Assembly (NCBI RefSeq): GCF_900199515.1
Contig: NZ_LT963434.1
Coordinates: 1,396,050 to 1,428,049 of the forward strand
DNA: 32,000 nt
Origin: Massilicoli timonensis
GTDB taxonomy: Bacteria; Bacillota_I; Bacilli_A; Erysipelotrichales; Erysipelotrichaceae
Direction: 5' to 3'
The notes beneath the pieces are model-generated. The model had not been told where the DNA came from. It saw only the letters and a list, made by a program, of their open reading frames with translations, and did no database searches. Position numbers and translations under genes: made by a program. Every line of letters begins with the position of its first letter. Within the stretch, counting starts at the first letter, position 1. Below are positions 15,719 through 22,706 of the stretch, piece by piece.

Positions 15719-17605
15719 TCATTGTGTGGATAAAGATAATTGAAAATACGGAAGCCGATAGTGTTTCAATACCTTTTTTACCAATAGCTCCAGTATTTCG
15801 GTATCCGTCTGCGGATCCTCTAAATGGATCGTGAATAAAGGGCCGGCAGTAAAGAGCGGCTGTAATGTGTTTGCCAGATCCATCTGCTCAAAGAGGTCGG
15901 AAGGCGGATGAGGAGGCAGAAAGACGCCGGCGCTGTAGACATCGCTTGCATGCATGTCCTTTTCCATTTGCGGATAACGGCTGCGATCGCTTTTCGCAAA
16001 GCGCTGAAGACAGGTCGATTGCATTGTTTCCGCCAGATTAAAAGCGCATCCATACTGCTTTTGATAACCGATCAGCTTTACGCGCATATGGGTCAATACA
16101 GCTTTCGCAAACGCCTGTGTTTTCTCGTGCAATAAATCTTGCTTCAGCCAGTTCGCATAAATACCGGCTTCATTCATCCCGACGATGCCGATCGTGGCAA
16201 AATGGTTCGCAAAGCTGTGCAGGTAGCGTTTGGTATAAGGATATAAGCCTGCTTCCATGAGTTTGTCTAATACACTGCGCTTCATTTGCAAAGCGCGTGC
16301 CGCCAGATCCATCTGCTTATCTAACTTCACATAGAAATCCGTTTCATCTTCCGCCAAATAAGCGATGCGCGGCAGATTGATCGTAACCGTTCCGATCGAG
16401 CCGCTGTGCACAGCGCTGAGTTGTTCGCCGGCTGCGTGAGAAAGCTGATTTGCACTAGCTTGATGAACGTTCATGCCTTGCCAAAGCGCCTTTATATCTG
16501 CATTTTGTTCATTGATCAAACGCGGTGTGCCGCATTCTTTGATCAGCTGAAACAGCAGCTGTTTGTTTGGGTGATCGCTTGTTAGGATGGCTTCTGCCGG
16601 ATAAAAAGGAATCGGATAGCGGAACGGGTTTTGCTTGCCGTCTTTTTTTAACAATACACTGAAAAATGCCTGATTGATCAGATCCATTTCCTTTTGACAT
16701 TCTCCATAAGTAAACGCGGCACAAACCCCACCGACAATCGCTCTTCGATCGGCAAGATGTTTTGGCACATGCCAGTCAAACGCAATATGGATATCGGGAA
16801 GTCGTGCGCCCCATCGGCTTGGTGCATTGATGCCGTAGATCAATGCTTCCATCGCATTTTTCACTTCTTCAAAGGAAAGCTGTTCCCATTTTACAAAGGG
16901 CGCTAAATAGGTGTCAAAGGAAAGCATGGACTGTGTGCCTGCCCATTCGTTCTGCATGATGCCTAAAAAGGTATGCAGCTGATTGCAAAGAGTAAACAAA
17001 TGACGAGCCGGTTTGGCACTCGCTTCACTGTAAAGCCCATCTAAACCTTCCTCGATCAACTGCTTCGGCGACCAGCCTGCGCTTACTGCACTCAGCATGG
17101 ATAAATCGTGAATATGCAGATCTGCGTTTCGATGCGCCTCGGCGATTTCTTCATCATACACCTCATAAAGCCAGTAATTTCTGCTGATCGCAGCGCTGTT
17201 GCTGAAAATCAGACCTCCCATTGAAAAAGGAGCGGTGGCGTCGTTGTGTGTCAGCGCGCTTTTATCCTTTACATAGCTGTCGATCATCTCTTTGTGGTCG
17301 AGCAGCGTCGATTTCATATCGCGTACTTTTTCTCTTTGCTTACGGTAAAGAATATAAGCCTTGGCAACTTCGTGATAGCCGGACTGGATCAATATGGACT
17401 CTACACTGTCCTGGATATCCTCGACCTGAACGGCGTTGCTTTTGATCTTGCTGTCGAAATCAGCAGTTACCCGCAGCGCCAAAAGATCAATGACCGAAGG
17501 ATGGATGCTGGTGCCGGTTGCCTGAAAAGCCTTTTGGATGGCAGCGGTAATTTTGGCAATATCAAACGCCGCTTTCTTGCCGTCACGCTTCATTACTTCA
17601 TACAC
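15719..17605 (-). CDS. NrdD-like class III RNR paralogue with ATP-cone but without recognisable catalytic Cys or Zn-ribbon/glycyl-radical domain
   Basis: GTG 17605 (or ATG 17593, a TAATG overlap with the upstream gene). ATP-cone VMKRDGKKAAFDIAKITAAI. NrdD core blocks LHIHDL, SFDTYLAP and TINLPRIA. Ends at ...LPYFQLSLSTQ, which aligns just before the Zn-ribbon of the neighbouring NrdD. Confidence 0.85.
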   Translation of the reverse strand: MYEVMKRDGKKAAFDIAKITAAIQKAFQATGTSIHPSVIDLLALRVTADFDSKIKSNAVQVEDIQDSVESILIQSGYHEVAKAYILYRKQREKVRDMKSTLLDHKEMIDSYVKDKSALTHNDATAPFSMGGLIFSNSAAISRNYWLYEVYDEEIAEAHRNADLHIHDLSMLSAVSAGWSPKQLIEEGLDGLYSEASAKPARHLFTLCNQLHTFLGIMQNEWAGTQSMLSFDTYLAPFVKWEQLSFEEVKNAMEALIYGINAPSRWGARLPDIHIAFDWHVPKHLADRRAIVGGVCAAFTYGECQKEMDLINQAFFSVLLKKDGKQNPFRYPIPFYPAEAILTSDHPNKQLLFQLIKECGTPRLINEQNADIKALWQGMNVHQASANQLSHAAGEQLSAVHSGSIGTVTINLPRIAYLAEDETDFYVKLDKQMDLAARALQMKRSVLDKLMEAGLYPYTKRYLHSFANHFATIGIVGMNEAGIYANWLKQDLLHEKTQAFAKAVLTHMRVKLIGYQKQYGCAFNLAETMQSTCLQRFAKSDRSRYPQMEKDMHASDVYSAGVFLPPHPPSDLFEQMDLANTLQPLFTAGPLFTIHLEDPQTDTEILELLVKKVLKHYRLPYFQLSLSTQ

Positions 17606-18750
17606 ATGCCGTCACGCTCCTTTCCTTCTTTGATCTGCACACAAGCGACACTTTCCGCAAGAATTGCCTGAAAGGTGCGCATCGTATCCATATTGACCGG
17701 ATGCAGACCGGATTGGATGATCTGCCCATTGTCCTCAAATACCTGCAATACACATTTCTTGGCACCGCGCAGTAGTTCTTTCATTTCCAGCAGATCGCTT
17801 TTTTCATGCAGTTCTTTGACGATCGTCGTACGAAACTCATAGGGGACGAGTCCCTGCTTCAAAAAATCAATGCTTTCTTGGATCAAATGAAAATCAAGAT
17901 CATCAATGCCGGCGCTTTCCCCATAGCGTGTCCACCCGTTCTTAACATCCATCGCCACATAATCGACATAACCGTTTCTAACCAGCTCTTTCAAATAAGC
18001 GGGATATGCGCCGTTTGTATCTAATTTGATCCGGTAGCCGAGATCATGCAGCTTGCTTAAAAACGGCCGCAGCTCGTGCATCAGCGGTTCCCCGCCGCTT
18101 AAAGTGACGCAGTCGATCAGACCTGCTCGTTTGCTTAAATAAGAGAAGATCGTATCGCCGCTGATTTCATTTTGACCTTCGCTTACATAGACGAGGTTGC
18201 TGTTTTTACAGAACGGACAGCGAAAATTACAGCCGCCGGTATAAAGAACACAGGCAAGATTGCCGGGATAGTCGCGAAATGACACCTTCTGCATCTCAAA
18301 GAGCTTAAGCGATCCTCTCTTTACATCATCAAAGCTGCGTGCATTTTCACAAAGCTTCGATTGAATGCGGGAAAAAGCAGTGATATCCGCCTCCTCCATG
18401 TCTTGCGTCAAATGCTCCCACCAGTCTTTTCTTACCATATAAAGCTGGGCGATCATTCCTTTGGTTTGATCGGTCGTATATAAACGCTTTACACGCTTAT
18501 CCGCTTCGTCACTTGCCATTGCGACATAATTGCTCTGCATGAGCTTCTGTATGCTTTTGGTGATCGTTCCCTTGTCATAGCCGCACATATCTGCTAAGCG
18601 ATTCATCGCGATGCCTTCATGTTCATAAATCTGAATCAGGATCGGCAAATGAGAGAAATTGATGTCATAGGCTTCCAGACATTTGTCATAATACTTTTGG
18701 GTGCAGCGATATAAGATCGAGGTATCCATTAAAATATCACTGTCTTTCAT
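17593..18750 (-). CDS. Fusion protein: N-terminal MarR-type winged-helix domain plus C-terminal NrdG/PflA-like radical-SAM activase domain
   Basis: ORF 17593-18804. AGGAGG with 9-nt spacing favours ATG 18750. MarR-like region INFSHLPILIQIYEHEGIAMNRLADMCGYDKGTITKSIQKLMQSNYVAMASDEADKRVKRLYTT. Radical-SAM CVLYTGGCNFRCPFCKNS, TLSGGEPLMH, KLDTNG. Confidence 0.85.
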   Translation of the reverse strand: MKDSDILMDTSILYRCTQKYYDKCLEAYDINFSHLPILIQIYEHEGIAMNRLADMCGYDKGTITKSIQKLMQSNYVAMASDEADKRVKRLYTTDQTKGMIAQLYMVRKDWWEHLTQDMEEADITAFSRIQSKLCENARSFDDVKRGSLKLFEMQKVSFRDYPGNLACVLYTGGCNFRCPFCKNSNLVYVSEGQNEISGDTIFSYLSKRAGLIDCVTLSGGEPLMHELRPFLSKLHDLGYRIKLDTNGAYPAYLKELVRNGYVDYVAMDVKNGWTRYGESAGIDDLDFHLIQESIDFLKQGLVPYEFRTTIVKELHEKSDLLEMKELLRGAKKCVLQVFEDNGQIIQSGLHPVNMDTMRTFQAILAESVACVQIKEGKERDGMCMK

Positions 18751-18775
18751 CTGTCGAATCCTCCTGTCTTTTACT

Positions 18776-18804
18776 ATGATAGCACTAGATAGTTGAACAT
18801 TCAA
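18776..18804 (-). promoter_or_regulatory. Promoter of the marR-activase / nrdD-like operon
   Basis: On the minus strand: TTGAAT (18804-18799), 17-nt spacer, TATCAT (18781-18776), ~26 nt upstream of the ATG at 18750. Confidence 0.55.
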
Positions 18805-18808
18805 CTAT
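18789..18808. promoter_or_regulatory. 20-bp palindromic candidate operator (ATAGTTGAA-CA-TTCAACTAT)
   Basis: Perfect 9-bp inverted arms around a 2-bp centre. Covers the -35 hexamer and part of the spacer of the promoter above, the typical geometry of an autoregulated MarR operator. Confidence 0.6.
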
Positions 18809-18899
18809 TTATCTGCATGTAAATGATTTTCATTTGTTTGTCATCACTTTTCTGCTCGTGAAGGCATCGTTTTTTAATGGTTTTGAAACGATTTTGCAT

Positions 18900-18926
18900 A
18901 GAAAAAGCCGTTTTGTGTACGGCTTT
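18900..18926 (-). terminator. Rho-independent terminator after rsmI
   Basis: AAGCCGT/ACGGCTT stem. On the minus strand it is followed by TTTTTC. Confidence 0.7.
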
Positions 18927-18945
18927 CCTTTCACATGCTATTTGA

Positions 18946-19800
18946 TCAAGACCACTCATTCAAATAATGCTTATAGACTTCGTTTTTTGCGATCCCAAAT
19001 TCTTTGGCAACACGCTTGATCGCATCTTTTGCCGATAATCCTTCTTCCAGATAGCGAGAGATCTGATCGTTTAATATCGCGCTGTCGATTGCTTTTTCTT
19101 TCTTTTCTAAACAGCCTTCCATGACGATGACCATTTCCCCTTTGCATTCTTTCGCTGCCTCCAGCACCTCTGAGATCCTTCCCCGTAAAAATTCTTCATG
19201 CCGCTTCGTTAATTCCCGTGCTAAGCACATATTGCGATCCCCCAATATTTCTAAGCAGTTTTGAAGTGTTTTTGTGATTCGATGCGGCGCCTCATAGAAA
19301 ATCATCGTATAGGGCATCGTTTTTAAGGCATATAGTTCTTCACATTGCTCCTTTGTTCCGCTTTTCAAAAAACCATAGAATAAGTAAGGCTGCGGTCTTA
19401 GACCGGAAGCAACCAGTGCATTCATTGCCGCATTTGCGCCGGAAATCGGTACGACGCTGTATCCGGCAGCTAATACGGTTCTGACTGCTTCATAGCCGGG
19501 ATCAGAGATCAGTGGATAACCGGCATCACTGACGACCGCTACATCTTTTCCCTCTTCCAAATAGCGAAGCAGACCTTTCGCGCTGTCTTTTTCATTATGG
19601 GCATGATGGGCGACCAGTTTTTTTGAAATATGAAAATGATTCAACAGCTTCATCGTATTGCGGGTATCTTCTGCGGCGATGACATCGACTTCCTCCAAAA
19701 CAGATATGGCGCGTGTGGTAAATTCATCTAAATTGCCGATCGGCGTTGCCACTAAATACAAAGTTGCTGTCTTTTCATCAAAGCTTTTTTGTCTAAACAT
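18946..19800 (-). CDS. rsmI: 16S rRNA (cytidine1402-2'-O)-methyltransferase
   Basis: TLYLVATPIGNLDEFTTRAISVLEEVDVIAAEDTRNT is the hallmark RsmI N-terminus. Tetrapyrrole-methylase fold length. Confidence 0.93.
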   Translation of the reverse strand: MFRQKSFDEKTATLYLVATPIGNLDEFTTRAISVLEEVDVIAAEDTRNTMKLLNHFHISKKLVAHHAHNEKDSAKGLLRYLEEGKDVAVVSDAGYPLISDPGYEAVRTVLAAGYSVVPISGANAAMNALVASGLRPQPYLFYGFLKSGTKEQCEELYALKTMPYTMIFYEAPHRITKTLQNCLEILGDRNMCLARELTKRHEEFLRGRISEVLEAAKECKGEMVIVMEGCLEKKEKAIDSAILNDQISRYLEEGLSAKDAIKRVAKEFGIAKNEVYKHYLNEWS

Positions 19801-19811
19801 ATGGCAGCACC

Positions 19812-20918
19812 TTATCCTTTCTTTTCACTGTCTTTTGGTTTATGGTGATGCCGATGCTGATGATTACGCCGACGCCGCGTTTTATCTTGGCCGCTTTGCA
19901 TCTTTCCTTCTTCCCTCTGTCCTTTTTGCTTTTGATTAGCGGCTGGCTGTTCAACGGTGTTCTTTTTTTCCGCAGGACGCTTTTTTTCGTTTGTCACATC
20001 TTTCATTGCTGAAGGCCGCTTCGTTCCTTTTGGTTTGTTTTCCTCTGCAGCTGCCGTGTGTTCCTGTTTCGTTTGCTTGCCTAAATCTGGCCACAATTCA
20101 TCAAAGCTTAAAAACTGCACGTCTTCTTTATTTTCGATCTTGACCTGACGAAGCAAAACATTCATGCTCGTTATGCGATAGCGTTGTCCTTTGTATTCTA
20201 CCTGTGCATTCATTTTCGGCAAGCCCTGCCGCAGTTCTTTATATTGTTCATCTTCATAGCGCAGGCAGCACATCAGTTTTCCGCACTGTCCGCTTAACTT
20301 CGATACATTGAGCGCCAGCAACTGGTTTTTAGCCATATTGATGGATACAACTTCAAAATCATTCAAGAAGCGAGAACAGCAGGTTTCCATACCGCAGCTG
20401 CCCAGACCGCCGACGATCTTCGCTTTGTTGCGGGGACCGATCTGCCGCAGCTCGATGCGGCACTTGAACACAGCTGCCAATTCCTTTAATAATTCTCGGA
20501 AATCGACGCGTTCATCGGCAACATAGATAAAGATGATCTTAGAGCGATCCAGCGTATATTCCGCTTCGATCAAATTCATTTCCAATCCCAGCTTATGGAT
20601 GAGCTTATCACAGATGACCAGCGCTTCTTTGGCTTTTTCCTCATTGATCTTTACCGCTTCCTGATCTTCTTTGGTTGCCTTGCGCAGCAGCGGCTTTGTT
20701 TCCAAGCCGTTTTGATTGACGATGAACGGTGTACATGCTTTTACGATCGTACCCAGTTCCTGTCCGCGTATGGTTTCTACTACGACTTGATCACCGACCT
20801 GATAATGATCATCATCACAGCCGAAGGAATACATTTTTTTAGAATCTTTGAAGCAAACATATGCGAAATAGCGATAAGTGCGCGGTTCCTGCGGCTTATG
20901 GCTTTTATTTTCATTCAT
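19812..20918 (-). CDS. ricT: PSP1-domain protein RicT/YaaT with long basic, His-rich C-terminal tail
   Basis: PSP1 core with Cys cluster GGLGSCGMETCCSRFL...GQCGKLMCCLRYE. Conserved holB-yaaT-rsmI neighbourhood. About 90 extra C-terminal low-complexity residues. Confidence 0.88.
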   Translation of the reverse strand: MNENKSHKPQEPRTYRYFAYVCFKDSKKMYSFGCDDDHYQVGDQVVVETIRGQELGTIVKACTPFIVNQNGLETKPLLRKATKEDQEAVKINEEKAKEALVICDKLIHKLGLEMNLIEAEYTLDRSKIIFIYVADERVDFRELLKELAAVFKCRIELRQIGPRNKAKIVGGLGSCGMETCCSRFLNDFEVVSINMAKNQLLALNVSKLSGQCGKLMCCLRYEDEQYKELRQGLPKMNAQVEYKGQRYRITSMNVLLRQVKIENKEDVQFLSFDELWPDLGKQTKQEHTAAAEENKPKGTKRPSAMKDVTNEKKRPAEKKNTVEQPAANQKQKGQREEGKMQSGQDKTRRRRNHQHRHHHKPKDSEKKG

Positions 20919-21888
20919 GTGAGAGAACCTCCTTTATACGATACATCAGCTGATCGATCAGCATTGCGACATTTACCGATCGAAGCAGCAAGTCATCACT
21001 TTCCAATAAGATCGTCAGCAGAGCGCTGCGATCGAAGCGTTTCTGTGCGATCAGCGCCAGCTGTTTTTGATACCATGGATCCTGACAGGCGCACTGCGCT
21101 TTCATACTGTCCTCAAACAGGATCCGATAAAACTGCAGCAAAGCGTGCAGCCACTTTTTTTCTTCTTTCTGTTTTTTACAAAAGCCTTCTAACTGCAAGA
21201 TCAACATTGCGTCGTCAATTCCATCGAAAAGCACATCTATCGTTTTTTGAAAACAGCTGCGGGCATTTTGATAATACTCGCTTTGTGCTTCATTCATACA
21301 GGCTTGTGCACTGCGATTCAATTCAGAGAGCAGGTAAGCATCCAAATCATCCATTCCCAGCTCCAGACATTTGCGATAACAGCTTATTTTGGATAAGGGG
21401 TGAAATGTGATGATCTGGCAGCGGGAAACGATTGTCGGCAGTACTCGATCCAGCTGTTCAACCAAAAGAATCGCCAAACGATCATTTGCGGGCTCCTCAA
21501 GAAATTTTAACAATGCGTTCTGTGCTTCTGCCGTAGCATTTTCCATGCGCTCGATGATATAGACCTTGCGGCCGTTTTTTTCCAGAGCGGTTTTGTTCAG
21601 CTCATGCTGCAGCTTCATCATGTCCTCTTTTTTGATGGAGACTGCTTCTCCGCTTAAAGAAAGAACATCGCTGTGCTGTCCTGCTTCGATCCTTCTGCAT
21701 GTTTCACACACTTCGCATGCTTCTGTTTCTTGGCAGTTCAGTGATTTCGCCAGAAATAATGCCGTTTCTTTTTTCAGGGTGCCCTTTGGACCATGAAACA
21801 AATAGGCATGTGCCAAATGATCTTGCTTCAGCGCGCGGGTAAGCGTCTGATAGGCGATCGGCTGTAAATCACGAATTTCCGTTTTCAT
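20911..21888 (-). CDS. holB: DNA polymerase III subunit delta'
   Basis: AHAYLFHGPKGT, Zn-module-like CQETEACEVCETC, SRCQ motif. Position after tmk. Confidence 0.9.
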   Translation of the reverse strand: MKTEIRDLQPIAYQTLTRALKQDHLAHAYLFHGPKGTLKKETALFLAKSLNCQETEACEVCETCRRIEAGQHSDVLSLSGEAVSIKKEDMMKLQHELNKTALEKNGRKVYIIERMENATAEAQNALLKFLEEPANDRLAILLVEQLDRVLPTIVSRCQIITFHPLSKISCYRKCLELGMDDLDAYLLSELNRSAQACMNEAQSEYYQNARSCFQKTIDVLFDGIDDAMLILQLEGFCKKQKEEKKWLHALLQFYRILFEDSMKAQCACQDPWYQKQLALIAQKRFDRSALLTILLESDDLLLRSVNVAMLIDQLMYRIKEVLSHE

Positions 21889-22513
21889 GTTCTTTCACCA
21901 ATGCCATGATTTCTTCATAGCAGTCCTGAAATACCTGTTCTATGCTTTGTGACGCATCTATGATATGGATACGCTTTGGAAATTGGCGCAGTACCTGCTG
22001 ATACCCTTCGGCAACCCGGTCATGGAATGCCTGGCTTTCCTGATCTAAACGATCTTTGAACGAGCGATCCTGAATGCGTTTCAAGCCTTCTTCGGGAGAT
22101 AGTTTCAAAAACAGGGTGCGGTCAGGCATATGTTCGTCGATCGCAAACTGATTGATCTGATATACGGCGTCAAAGCCGATGGCTCTGCCAACGCCCTGAT
22201 ATGCGAGAGAGCTGTCGATAAAGCGATCGCATAAAACAATCTTGCCTGCTTCTATTGCCGGCACGACTTTGGAAATGAGATGCTGACGACGGCTGGCCGC
22301 ATATAAAAGCGCCTCGCAGCGTGCGTCCATATCGGTATTGTTTGGATCAAGGATCAGATTACGGATGGCTTCGGCGATGCGATCACCGCCCGGCTCTCTT
22401 GTTAATATGACCGGATAGCCTTCTTTTTTAAGTGCCTCATACAGCATATTGCTGATAGTGGATTTTCCGCTTCCATCATTTCCCTCAAATGTGATAAACA
22501 AACCTTTTTTCAT
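21869..22513 (-). CDS. tmk: Thymidylate (dTMP) kinase
   Basis: ORF 21869-22627. The homologous start is MKKGLFITFEGNDGSGKST (ATG 22513, P-loop). DRF/LID region present. The 5' extension of the ORF is not homologous. Confidence 0.92.
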   Translation of the reverse strand: MKKGLFITFEGNDGSGKSTISNMLYEALKKEGYPVILTREPGGDRIAEAIRNLILDPNNTDMDARCEALLYAASRRQHLISKVVPAIEAGKIVLCDRFIDSSLAYQGVGRAIGFDAVYQINQFAIDEHMPDRTLFLKLSPEEGLKRIQDRSFKDRLDQESQAFHDRVAEGYQQVLRQFPKRIHIIDASQSIEQVFQDCYEEIMALVKEHENGNS

Positions 22514-22706
22514 GTTATCCCTCGCAATCTTCATTATTATAACATGAAATAAGAATGAACAAAACCAAAACCCCGTCCCCTGCTTCCTTTTTGATCGAAA
22601 AGTGCAGAAAATATCTTTTTCTACCAAAAAGCAGATCGTTTTGTTATACTGTAAAAGAAAGAAGCATCGTCATGCATTCTGAATAATCAAGAAAAGGAGC
22701 AAATTT

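Noticed and set aside
15725-15733. Perfect DnaA-box 9-mer (TGTGGATAA, the complement of TTATCCACA) at the 3' end of the NrdD-like gene, ~240 bp upstream of nrdD
   Set aside because: It is a single isolated 9-mer. About 0.2-0.3 such hits are expected by chance in 32 kb on both strands. It lies within coding sequence with no cluster, so it is not enough to claim DnaA control of nrdD.
18834-19019. 61-aa plus-strand ORF between the marR-fusion promoter and rsmI
   Set aside because: It crosses the rsmI terminator and runs antisense into rsmI, with no RBS and no recognisable product.
20595-21410. 271-aa plus-strand ORF overlapping ricT and holB
   Set aside because: It is antisense to two well-supported housekeeping genes and spans their junction. 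It has no RBS and an odd composition, consistent with a stop-poor antisense frame.
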